DNA from: Mobula hypostoma
Taxonomy: Eukaryota
DNA length: 64,000 bases
Direction of reading: 5' to 3'
Assembly (NCBI RefSeq): GCF_963921235.1
Contig: NC_086097.1
Coordinates: forward strand, 88,414,001 to 88,478,000
The translations under genes and the position numbers were made by a program. Below, in pieces: positions 12,880 to 24,900 of the stretch (position 1 is the first letter of the stretch; every line of letters begins with the position of its first letter). Below the pieces are notes generated by a model. It ran no database searches. It was not told the DNA's origin and saw only the letters and a list, made by a program, of their open reading frames with translations.

Positions 12880-12990
12880 AAATTCTGAAGAAGAGTCCCT
12901 GTCAACAGTGCTTCTCTTTCAGAATTCATTAACTGTCCCTATTTCCACGGATGCTGCCTGACCTACTGAGAGTTTCCAGTATTGTCAGCT
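12880..12990 (+). mobile_element. Degenerate Penelope pLTR fragment
   Basis: ttctgaagaagagtc...tttccacggatgctgcctgacctactgag. Confidence 0.55.
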
Positions 12991-13749
12991 TCCATTGAAA
13001 GATATTATTCATTTACCAGCTGAGACACCATGGGGTTGTTTGATTTCAGCATCACCATAGCAAACAGAAGGTTTGTGGCAGCCACCTGCTCCTTTAATAA
13101 CACTGCAATTCATCAGGCGGATCTGAGAGTGTTTTCAGATCATCAGAATGAGTAGGAAATGAAATCTCCAGATCTACACTTGTGAACCATCAAGTCTTCA
13201 AGTGCCAGCCGGTCGTTGTTGATATTTTCATCATAAAATGTGAAGCCCTCCAATCCCTTCTTGACCTTTCTTTGGCAGCAGTTGTAGGCTGGGGTAATCA
13301 ACTCCTCAGCACCCAGTGGAGCTGCTGTGTTAATTTAATGTGACTATACTACAAGCAGTTACTGTCGGTAGAGTTCCTGTTCATTGTTCATCGATCCATA
13401 CTTAGGCAGGCTTTATTTTTAATCAAAGGACAGAAGATGCTGAAGTTGAAATGATGAGAGTTGTTGGTGAGGTATTTTATTCATAGGATTGGGTCAAAAG
13501 AGAAAGCAGCAGAGAGATGGAAGAAAGTAATTGGTATCTGATTCAAAATCTTATGAAAAGGCCAGGTTAGACCATGCCTTGAATATTTGGATCGACTCTG
13601 AACACCACATATTAGCTTGGTATTTTGATATTTGACTTGGTAAAAAACAAAATCAGATCCTTAGTAGGAAGTGACATAGGATGCGAAGATGTAGTTCACT
13701 GAGGGCAGAATTAAAGAAGGTTAAAAAGAGGCTGATGGGAAGGAGTCAC

Positions 13750-14015
13750 TTATTGATTGATCAATTGATTGAGGTATGAGATACAGTGTGGAGTAGGCCC
13801 TTCAAGCCTCGCCGTCCAATTTAATCCTAACCTAATCACAGGACAATTTACAGTGATCAATGCATCTACCAACCGGTATATATTTAGACTGTAGGAGGAA
13901 ACCCACATGGGCACGGGGAGAACGTACAAGCCCCTTACAGACAACAGCAAAAATTGAACCCAGATTGCCTGTGCTGTATAGCATCATGGTAACCTCTGCA
14001 CTACTGTGCCACCCC
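13750..14015 (-). mobile_element. V-SINE, near complete
   Basis: On the minus strand: tRNA-like head (ggtggcacagtag; ggttcaatt), V-domain and CR1-derived tail. Confidence 0.8.
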
Positions 14016-14559
14016 ACGTGGAACCAGAAGAATTGATTTTATCATCCGTGCCACCCCGAGTTTACATATAGCCCAATGAATAGGATCCAGGAGATGGGGT
14101 ATAAATAGGAGATAGATGAGGCCTGTAAGAAAGGCTGGGTCATGATGGTCAAGGGGAAATTTAATCTGGAGGCAGACTGAGAAAATTAGGTTGGCACTAG
14201 ATTCCAAGAGGAGAGATTTGGAGAATACCTAGTAGATGGCTTTTTAGAGCAGCTTTTGGTTGAGCCAGAGCCAGAGTACCCACATCATTATTCAGAGGTG
14301 TAAATGTGATTCACAAAATATATATTAAAGAATTCCAGATTGTGGTCTGAAGGTGGAGCTCGCTGTTAATTTGAGTGAGATGAGTAGTGAAGATGCATGT
14401 AGGAGGAGCTGGATGAGGAAGAAAGGAACAGTGGAAGCTCATAAAGATGATCAGTGGAGATTGGCTGAATGCCCTACATTTGTACTGTAAATTCCTTGCA
14501 GATTAGAAAGGTACCTCAGTATACTGGGAAAGTAGCTAACCGTTGACGGTTCAAAGTCA

Positions 14560-15380
14560 AACTCAGATGTGCAAAGGGACTTCAGAGTCCTGGTGCAGGA
14601 TATCCTAAACATTCACGTGCAGATAGAGTCAGCAGTAAAGAAGGTAAATACAATGTTAGTATTAACTTTGAGAGGACTAGAATATAAAAACAAGGACATA
14701 ATGCTGAGGTTTTATATGGCATTGGTCAGACAACATTTGGAGTATTGTGATCTGTTTTGAACCCCTTATCTAAGAAAAGATGCGCTGACATTGGAGAGGG
14801 TCCAGAGGAGATTTATCAGCATGATCCCAGGGTTGAAAGGGTCTGACGAAGGGTCTTGGCCCGAAACGTCAACTGTACCTCTTCCTATAGATGCTGCCTG
14901 GCCTGCTGCTTTCCACCAGCAACTTTTATGTGTGTTGCTTGAAAGGGTTAATGTATGAGGAGTGTTTGATGGCTCTGGGCCTGTACTAACTGAAGTTTAG
15001 AAGGATGAGGGAAGATCTCGATGAATCCTACCAATTATTGAAAGGCTTAGATTGAGTGGGTGTAGAGAGGATGTTTTCACGAGTAGGAGATTCTTGGATC
15101 AGAGGTACAGCCTCAGAATAGAAAGATGTCCCTTTAGAAAAGAGATGAGGAGGAATTTATTTAGCCAGAGCGTGGTGAATTTATGGAATTCATTGACACA
15201 GATGGCTGTGGAGGCCAAGTCTCTGGATATATATTTGAAGTGGAGGTTAATAGGTTCTCAACAAGTAAGGATGTCCAAGGTTAGGGTAGAAGCAGAAGAA
15301 TTGGGTTGCAAGGCAAAAAAGAAATCAGCAATGATTGAATGGTGGAGCAGACCTGATGGATCAAATGGCCTTATTCTCCT
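14560..15380 (+). mobile_element. CR1 3' portion, interrupted by a Penelope-derived insertion
   Basis: QRDFRVLV...ALVRQHLEYC; RRNLFSQSVVNLWNSL; CR1 3' UTR. Confidence 0.88.
14843..14938 (+). mobile_element. 96-bp Penelope pLTR-derived insertion starting at the hammerhead core
   Basis: Starts CTGACGAAGGGTCTTGGCCCGAAACGTC. Flanked by the direct repeat ttgaaagggt at 14833-14842 and 14939-14948. Confidence 0.85.
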
Positions 15381-16348
15381 AAGTCCCATATTTACCAACC
15401 CATATGTCTTTGAGATGTGGGAGGAAATCAGGGTACACTGGCAAAAAGCACGCAGTCCAGGTTTGAATCTGGATCATTGGAGCTTTGAGGCAGTGGATCT
15501 ATTAGCTGCATCACTGTGCTGCCCTCTGCTAGTTCACTACTGAACGCTAAATTCTGTCAATCAGCACAAATATTCCTCGAACGAAGTGCCAGATTCTGTT
15601 TGAAAGAATAACTGCTCTCTTCAAGAGAGTGCTTATCAACTAACTTGTGTTCAAACACATTTCCTTCAGTGGGACTTAAGATCTTGAAGACTTTTTAATT
15701 CATTGAGACTTATGAAAGTTTAAGACTTGGATTGAAATCTATGCGCAAAAGGTATTCAAACATTATAAATAATTTCTCATCTGAAGTTGCTTTCAGTGTA
15801 GTTATTTACATAAGAATTGCTGTGCAGAGAGGGATCTAGCAATTCATTTACATAACTGTAAGAAAACTCAGCATGATTGAAGTTTAATTTAACGCAGAAT
15901 AATTTTGTGTCCAATTAATGTGTTATCAAAAAGTTTGATTCCTGACTTTTTTGTGGGGATTTTGCTTTCCATTGCAGCTTGCCTCTAAAGCACAAACTCT
16001 CCCAATTACATACACAAATTATTTTATAACATGCAAAATACTGTACATTCCCAGACTGATGTACAACCTCACTGGGAGTACAGCACATCATCCCATTACT
16101 GCCACTTCCATTCATTCATTAACAACACTGTCCCTGAGATGGAAGAGTGCTGCTTCCATTGTGGATGTCCCTTTAGGAGTTAGCTTCACAGATTGCACCT
16201 GCTGCGTTCAGTGCTGGTAGCTGTGAAGACATCACCAGGTAATCCTGCTCTGAAACTAACAATGTCAACCTCAGCTTGCTGTTACACAAGGAACTCCAGC
16301 AATGCTGTGCTGCAAATCTCACAATTGAAGTTCTCACTCTTTTCGCAG

Positions 16349-16391
16349 CTTTGATAAATATGTTAGGGTGACCTTAACATATTTATCAAAG
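16349..16391. repeat. 43-bp near-perfect palindrome
   Basis: ctttgataaatatgttagggt-g-accttaacatatttatcaaag: 21-bp arms, one mismatch. Confidence 0.95.
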
Positions 16392-16744
16392 GCATTAAAA
16401 AGGATTACTACAATGGCATTAAAAGGAATTAATGAATTTCTAGCTAGTTTGATCAGCTCTGATCTCATGTTTCAGGAGTATTTCATGGACATTTTGACAA
16501 TAGTGGACTACTTAATTTTCTCTTTCTATAAATATGATATACCTGCAGTTTGTGTATAACAAGGCATTCTGAAGACCTGCTTCTACACTGACATTATCTT
16601 ATACATTCTTGTATTACCTTCAAGGAGATGGCTGAGACTGAACTTAAAACTGCACAATTTCCTAAGGTTTGTGGCTTCTGCCATATTGGGCCTTCACTGG
16701 AACCGTTTGGACTGAGCCAATGTTGCAGTTCGACTGGCTCCCTC

Positions 16745-17000
16745 ACATACTGATTTTCCCCTCTCCTCCCTCCCCCCTCCCTCCTCGTGTTTTGACACCC
16801 CCGTCCCATAATAACACTCTCTCCCTTCCTGACTCTCGTCCCCTTCTTCACACTTTAACTCTCCCTACCTCTCATAAACTTGGGCCCTCCTTTTTGCATA
16901 GTGACTCATTTCCTCTGTACCCCCACACTCTTTCACTGTTTCCATGTCCCTACATTACACTCCCTCTCCCTCACACAGACCACCCCACCTTGCATACACA
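16745..17000. repeat. Pyrimidine-rich low-complexity tract
   Basis: C/T-dominated sequence. Confidence 0.6.
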
Positions 17001-17789
17001 TTAACAGATTCCATTTATTGAATTTTTTTTCTTAAATATAAAAGAAGGCCTTTTGGCCATTCAAGTTGTTGCTGGCTGTCAGAGCAGTCCTATCAGTACC
17101 ATTCCCCTCTTCTTTCGCCGTAACCTGTTCTCTCCTTCATGCTCATTCATCCCTGATTCTTCTGCCACCCACTTACACTGATGGCCAATTAACCTATCAA
17201 ATACTGGAGCACTGGGAGAACCTCACATTACCACAGTGGGAATGTGCAAGCTCATCACAGATGCTCCCAGAGGTTAGTACCGAACCTAGGTCACTTGAGA
17301 TATGCATCAGCAAATCTCACCGTCAAGCATGAGACAATTTTATGTTGCTTCAGATTCCAGCATCTACAGAATTTTTCGTGTCCCCAGATAATTTTTTTGG
17401 AGCATGTTGGGCACAACAGGGCCCAATGTGGCACAAAGGCAGTAGGTCATTATATTAATATAGGGTTAAATAATGGAAGTACTTGGAGTAAAGTTGAGAA
17501 TATTTTCCTACAACTGACCTGAGAAGTATTTTAAATTTGAGAGTGAGGTAGACAGTGTAATAGCAAAGCAGCGATGAACATAGTTGGAAGGCCCAGAGTA
17601 GGTGAAAAGCTACCTAGGTGACCTATTTTGGAATTCAAAGTGAAGCAACATGAAGGAGACCCCAGCAGAAATATGAACTGAATTATCATGTTAAAATTTG
17701 CCATTCGGTGAGGAATGATGAAGAGAAGAGGTAAACAGCAAATAAAATCGTGATAGTTTGTTAAAATCTTAAGTTATTTAAAAAGGTAT

Positions 17790-19310
17790 ACAAATATTTA
17801 AGAAATAGGTGTGCACCATTTAGCTTTTTATCCCCTTGCCATAAGAGCATAGCTGATCTATCGCCACCTACCTACTCAAAGCCCATCTCATTGTTACTTT
17901 GGTGCTGAAAATCTATTGATCTTGGTCAAGAAAGTGTTCAAAGACAAGATATCAGCAATCCTTAACAAATGCTATATTCCAAAGAGTCAATATCCATTGA
18001 GTGAAAAAATGTTCCTTTCATCTCTCTCCTCAATATCAAATCATTTAGGTGAAAGCCCAAATCTAGACTCACCCAGTGAGTTAAATATCTTTCACATCAG
18101 GTTCCGTAAAAACTTTATATGTTTCAATGAGATTATCTCTCCTTTTTAAACTCTTGGAAATGAAGGTTCTGACTGTCTATTATCTACACGTAGGATTATC
18201 CTTTAATCCCAGAAATAAATCAAGTAATTGTATTCTCTGTGCCAAGTGTATCCTCTTTTTGTAGGAACTAAAATTGTGAGCAGTTCTTCTCCTGCGCTCA
18301 TACAGACTTGTACTGTTAAAATAAACTGCTCACTCTTCCATTCTACTGGATGTAAAGTCACTGTACTATTGGCATTTTTAATTACACCTTGTACCTATCA
18401 TTGGGATTTTAATGATCTATTTATTAATCTCTCTGATCTCCCACTCCTTCTAGATTTGCACCACTTAAAATATACTTTGTTGAATCCTCTTTTGGGTCCA
18501 AAATGTATAATCCCTCAACCATGAAAATTGATTTGTCATGGTTTTGCCCATTTCCTTAATCAGTTAATATAGCTTTGCAATTTCGTGCTTCTGGCTGTTT
18601 TGCTCAAAATGTCTCCTGTCTTTATCATTAGCAACCTGAGAACTTGACTTTCTATTGCTTTAACTACTGAGTGCTAAGTGTCCTTCTCAAATAAGTGGAC
18701 TAAATCTGGAAGCAGTACTCAAAGTGTAGCTTTTATCATTCCAAAAGACTGTTTTTACTTTTGTACTCCAAACTTGTTGTAAGATCAACAAGCCAGATGT
18801 TTTTCTAGGTGCTTGGTGTGCCAACATATTAGTTTATGTACACTGTGCACGTGGATATCCAAGTTCCCTCTGAATGCCAAGTTTCTAGTCTCCTAACTTC
18901 TAAATAAAATGTATTAGCTTTCAATTTTTTCTATTAAATTGGATAACACTACCAGCTTATCTTCTTTCCCACTTAACGGTATAACCCATTGCAACCTCTT
19001 TGAATATAGAGTCATAAAGCAGAGAAACAGCTCCTTTAAATCAACTGGTCCATGCCGACTAAGATTCAATTTGTCAGTCCCATTTGCACACATCTGGCTC
19101 ATATCCCTCCAAACCTTTCCTCGTCATGTACCTGTCCAAGTAACTTTTAAATGTTGCTAATATACCTGCCTCAATTACTTTCTCTGATAGCTTATTCCAT
19201 ATTCTGACCATCCCTTGAGTGAAAGTGCCCCTCAGGGTCCTCGTAAATCTCTGCCCCTCACCTTAAACCTGTGTCCAGTTCTTGATTCTCCAGCCCTGGG
19301 AAAAGACCGC
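17790..19310 (-). mobile_element. Cluster of old CR1 3' fragments
   Basis: Reverse-complement CR1 3' motifs, e.g. gtttcaatgagattatctctc, agcagtactcaaagtg, ccctcaccttaaacctgtgtcc. Confidence 0.6.
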
Positions 19311-20539
19311 ACATTCAGTCCATGTATGCTCCTTAGCCTACTTTCACTTTGTATCTTGAGTGTATATCTTATATTCAATCTTCCAACTAAATTATTGAAA
19401 ATGATTGTACATGGCTCCAGCCCAAATATTTTTACACTTAATTACAAGTTGGCATCCTGAAATTGACCCATTTTTTCGTATTAATTTTCAGTTCATGAGC
19501 CATTCTTGAACCCATGCTGACTTACTATCCCCAATCCCCACAGTGATGGACAGTGGAAATAATAATATGTTTCATTTGAAGTGGGGCTGCTTTTGGTGGG
19601 TGAAGCAGTGGCCGAATAGCTGAGCCTATGGGTTATGTGTTTGGATTTGTAACAACAAGTGCCAGTGGGAAGGAATGTCCAGGAGATACCTAAATGACAC
19701 TTAAATGAAGGAAATAGAGCAGACCAAAATTTAGTATGTTAAAAAGATGGCCTTCTTTAACCATCTCCAAAATGGCATATAGTTATTTGACTACATAATC
19801 AGTAACTTTGAGCATAAGATAGAATTGTGGTTTGCAAAGGGTAGAGGAGGGCATCAAAAGATAAATTCAGTTAGAACTGGTACAGTCACCTTCTTGAAGT
19901 CATTCTCCTTACTTCTTATGATATTGATCTTATAGAGATTGTTCCATTTGTTGATCAACTGGATGAACTGACAATTGGATCTGCAGTACTGAACATGAAG
20001 TTGGGAGATACAATACTGAGGATACATTGAAGATATATGTGAGAAGTTTACGCATTAGTTTTCATTATCATTATGCACATGGGAATTTATAATTGAAAAC
20101 TTATGTCAATGAAGATAGATTTATAGACAGTATGTGCATGCACCCAGAAGATTGCCGTATATTCCACAGACTGGATTTGTAAACCAGCCTTTAACTTTTT
20201 ATCTGTAGTGATTCCTTTACAAAAATTGTTAAAATTATGAGATCTATATAGGAACCTTAATTTGTATTTAGTAGGTTGCTGCCAGTATGAGAAATCCAGT
20301 TGATGGATTTCTTATAATCACTGTGATTACATAACAAACAATTGTGCTTTTTATGTTTCACTTAGTAATTTTGTGTAATTGGCTATTTACAACCTGGATA
20401 TTAGGCAGGTGGTCTGAGTAGACTGATAACTCCATGCTAGGTGGAGGTGGACTATTCAGATGCCTAATCCATGTCAGGAGTTGGCCATTTTATACCAATA
20501 ACCCCATGCCACAAGGATGTGATCCGATTATAGTACCTA

Positions 20540-20665
20540 ACCAGCAACTGAACCTCTTGACCATATCTGTATGCTTTTGTGCATTGAGTTGCTGCCCCAT
20601 GATTAACTGATTAGATATTTGCATTTACAAGCAGGTGTACCTCATAAAGTGACCCATTGAGTGTA
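20540..20665 (+). mobile_element. Tc1-like non-autonomous element, terminal fragment
   Basis: Ends caggtgtacctcataaagtgacccattgagtg-TA, a Tc1-type TIR followed by TA. Confidence 0.6.
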
Positions 20666-20779
20666 TGTTGGGGTGGACTCGAGAACAAGGGAGTAGGATA
20701 GAGTTTGTTCAGTGGCACAGCATAGAACTAGTGGGTTGAATAATTTTCCTGTGATGCGTGAAAGCATTGTACCATAGGA

Positions 20780-21140
20780 CTTGCTGACTAACTGCAGTTA
20801 CAGTTTCAGTCACAGGTACTACATTGAGAGAAGTTGATTACACCAGCCTTTCAGGTAATGTGTGGAAGTATATTTTCTCTCAAAATCCATGACCTTGACC
20901 ACTAAGGCCATGGGCAACAACTGAATGAGAACACATGCAGGTTCCCTTCAGACAAGCCATCCTGAAATGGAAATATGTCACTGGTACTTCATCATTGCTG
21001 GGTCTAAACCTTGGAACTGGAACTTGGAATCACGTAACAGCACCGTGGAAATATCTTTGATGCAAGGGCTGCAGTGGTTCAAGGTGGCACCTCAGCACCA
21101 CCTTTGCAAGGCATTTAGAACAGGGCAATAACAGATGGTT
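20780..21140 (+). mobile_element. Old CR1-type 3' end
   Basis: gctgcagtggttcaaggtggcacctcagcaccacc...gggcaataa. Confidence 0.5.
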
Positions 21141-21789
21141 TTATGAGTGAAACCAGATGCTGAATAATAATTAAGTAAATTAAAATCTGTTACCGTACAT
21201 TTTAAAACCACAATCTCTAGTAATTTCTTCCAGAGCAAATAGTTCAATTGCTGATAACTGTCAAAATACAGGTTGTGTCTTACAGTAGGGGTCAAACCTT
21301 GTGTATGTCTTTTCATACTACTGTAGCACTCTGGGTTCTGTCCAGTAACTATGATCGTTACTTTATCCAAATACTTGCTATGAATTTTAACTCACATAAA
21401 GCTCAGTCAGATCTTCCTCTCCTTACCATCCTTGTTCTTCCCTTGGGATGTGGTTAAATGTAATTTGCTGTGTGCTATACTGTGCCATGATGCGCTTCTT
21501 TGAAGCTGCTTATTAGTGGTTGTCCTTTCTTCTTGTGGGCTGCCGTGGTTGTTATAAACAATCACACTGACCATTTGGCAGCTCCTTTTTGTACAGTATT
21601 TTTTGTTGTTTCCATGATGCAGAAACCCAGAGTTTTCATTCATGATTCATATATCTCAGTGAATGGCCATTTAAGTTGTAATGAACAAGAGAGGTTCTTT
21701 CTGTGGAAGGAAGATCCAAGGGTCTGCAAGGTGCTGGAATCTGGATAGGAGAAGCTCAGGGTTGCTCCTGCAGATTGATCCTTCCTTGC

Positions 21790-22220
21790 ATGTGCTTCCT
21801 TCCTTTGTCTTGCATGTGTTGGTACATATGTGATTGTAATGCGAGGTCATCTGCAAAATCAAGGTCTCCTAAAGTAAAGAATCGAGTCCACCTAATGCCT
21901 CTCTGCTTATCTTTCACTGTTTGTCTCATAACCCAGTCAATCAACAGGTTAAACAATATCGCCAACATCACACAGCCTTGCCTGACTTCAGTCTTGACTT
22001 CAAACTTCATGTTACTGTCTCCAACTGTGCAGGTGCAGTTAGCTTAGAAACTCTGGGTGAGCTGGACTGTTTTGGAAGGGATTCTGTATGCTCTGAGAAT
22101 TCACCAGAGGCACTCCCTATGGATGCAAAGTCCACAAAATTTAAATACAGTTGTCTCTGCCACTCTGTGCACTGTTCTATGATGTTACACAGTGTGAAGA
22201 TCTCGTTGACACAACTTCAT
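21790..22220 (-). mobile_element. RTE-clade LINE RT fragment
   Basis: FEVKTEVRQGCVMLAILFNLLIDWVMR...GIRW...DLDFADDLAL; upstream NIIEQCTEWQRQLYLNFVDF. Confidence 0.85.
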
Positions 22221-22327
22221 TTTAATTAAATTTTTTTGTCTCTGGGAGTTCTGGGAGTGGAGGACCTGCCCAGACTGACTTGCTCAGCATCTCATCCACA
22301 CTGTTTTTCTCATCTCCTGCATTCACG

Positions 22328-23080
22328 ATCAGAATCAGGTGTATTGTCACTGACGTGTTGTTCTGTGACAGCAGTACAGTGCAAAACATAAAAAAAACTA
22401 TAAATTACAATAAGAATATATAAAAATCAATAGTGTAGAAAGAGAGTAAAATAATGAGGTTGTGTTCATGGGTTCTTCAACCATTCAGAAACCTGATGGT
22501 GGAAGCGACAAAGCTGTTTGTAAAACATTGAGAGCTCTTCAAGCTCCTGTACTACTTTCTTGATGGTGGTAATGAGAAGAGGGCTCTTCATGATTGATGC
22601 TGCCTTCTTGAGGCATCGCCTTTTGAAGATATTCCCAGTGGTGGGGAGGCCAGTGCCCATGATTGCAGTGTTGCCAGGTAGGAATTAATTCCAGCCATGA
22701 CTAACCTCTCTAAACACCTCACCACAGTAGATGTGAGTATTTACTGGGCACTATTCATTCAAGTAGCTCTTCTTGGGCACCAGTAATGATTGATGCACTT
22801 TTGAAGCAGGTGGAACACTCTACCTTTAGCAATGAGAAATTGAAGCTATCTTTGAACACTCCATCCAGTTGATTAGACAAGTTTTCAGTGCCCTGCCTGT
22901 TGCACCATTGGGACTGATGCCCTGCCAGTGTTCACCCTCTTGAATGATGACCTGACTTTGGCCACTGAGACCAATATCACAGGGTCATCAGCTGTTGTAG
23001 GGATTCACACATTATTGTTTCATACACCTTTTCAAAGTTTAAAAGGCATTCAGCTCATTAGGGAGTGAAGCATCACAGAC
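22328..23080 (-). mobile_element. Rex1/Babar LINE fragments
   Basis: LPTTGNIFKRRCLKKAASIMK with a ctgattctgat tail. An RT N-terminal piece lies at about 22700-23080. Confidence 0.7.
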
Positions 23081-23849
23081 ATTTATTCTTTTGATCTGTA
23101 TTCTTTTTATCGATGTTCTCGCCCTCTAACTGTTCCCACTCACTGATCATTTAATCCTTCCCATAGTCCATGACCATCTCAGTTTTACCATGTCAGAGAC
23201 ATTACCCTTCCCTGCTCTCCCTACAGATTTACTAGATTCCTTTGTCTCTTATTTTGGTTCTGATGAAGAATGTGAATTATTGACACTTCTTGTCTTCCCA
23301 CCTTCTGACCTTCTGAGTATTTTCAGCCACAGTCCATTGGAGAGCAATGAACGCCATTTGGGTGTCTGAGTGGACTGTCTCTCTATCAATATGGCATAGT
23401 TTGTTTAATGGTAGCATACTCGTTTCTGGCTCATGAAGTTGTAGTTCAAGCCAATCTACAGAAACTAGAGTTCAGAGCAGTAATGAGAACATTTTGGACC
23501 ATTGTGCTGAAAACTAAAGCATTGATTTTCAATATTTTTATTTGCAAAGTCTTGCTCACCATCAGGGGAGCACAGTCCTTTACGAGTCTATTGCTCATAC
23601 AGGGACCATAAGTAGATCATTTATGTACTATCCAAATTCACTTTCATGGTAGAGATGATTAATGTACTAAGCTAATCAAAAACCCTCTTGAACGTAGAAG
23701 TTCATCAAGAATCTTATTGGACTCGGATTGCTTTGTTGCAGATTGAATATGAATTGAGTATGCTTTACAATGTAAACCAAATATTTATCTTGGAAAAAAC
23801 ACCACAGACTGAAGCTAACCACCAGGGAAAGAAGATCCTCATACAGTGT

Positions 23850-24210
23850 GAATACCGTAGACCAAAGGACAGAGGGGGGAGTTGTCTCTGATAAGGCACA
23901 GATTTGGTAGATGGTTAAGGTCTCTTTCTGAGGATGGAATTGTCAAGTGCTGAGGGCATATGAAAGGGGCAAAAATCAAAGGAGATTTATGAGGAAAGTT
24001 GCTTATAGAGAGTAGTAAGTGGCTGAAACATATTGCTGAGGAAATGGCAGAAGCAATTTTTAACAGATATTTAGACAGACACATCAACAGGCAGGGAGAG
24101 AGGGATGTAGATTATGTGCAGTCAGATGTGCAGTTTAAATTGACTTTATGAATAGCACAGATATTATGGTTGAGAGCCTATTGTGCTGTACTGTTCTGTG
24201 TGCTAAGAGT
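23850..24210 (+). mobile_element. CR1 3' end
   Basis: agagggggagttgtctctgata...tttagacagacacatc...tgtgctgtactgttctgtg. Confidence 0.65.
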
Positions 24211-24464
24211 GTGGTCAATATAACAAATCAATGACATCTGGAGCGCTGTGTATGGTATTCATTTATTTATTTAAGGAAAAATGTCCATGCATTGGAAAGA
24301 ATTCAGCAAGACAAGTACCTGGTATAACTGTGTAACTTTATGAGGAAAGGTTGCACATACTGGGCTTGTATACATCCCTGTTTTGAAAAGTGAGAGGTGA
24401 CTTGGTGGAATCCGGAAGATGCTGAGGAGCTTTAACAGGAGAGATGTGGAGAAGATGCAGATGT

Positions 24465-24760
24465 GGGTTGCCATGGTAGTGTAACAGTTAGTGCGATGCT
24501 ATTACAGCTCGGTGCATCAGACTTTGGAGTTCAATTCTGAAGTCTTCTGTAAGAGTTTTTGTATGTTCTCTCCCTGATCGTATGGGTTTCCTCTGCGTGC
24601 TCCGGTTTCCTCCCACGTTCTAAAGACATACTGGTTAGTAGGTGAATTGGCTTTGGATTAGCCTAGGGCTAAATAGGTGGATTGCTGGGCGGTGCTGCTA
24701 GTTAGCCCCAAGGGGCCTGTTCTGCGCTGATTTTGAAATAAATAAAAAATGAATGAAATA
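24465..24760 (+). mobile_element. V-SINE inserted in an older plus-strand CR1 (24330-24900, resuming at about 28680-28840)
   Basis: tRNA head with ggagttcaattc, V-domain and aaataaataaaaa tail. Confidence 0.8.
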
Positions 24761-24900
24761 AAGAAAGATGTTTTCCCTTTTGATAGTACTATCTGAAAGT
24801 AAGGATCACTTTTTAAAAGAAAGTTCTCTCCAAGGTTGAATTCATCAATGAGGTGTTTTTTTTTCTCTGAGGTTGTGAGTTTTTCGAGTATTCTTCCTCA

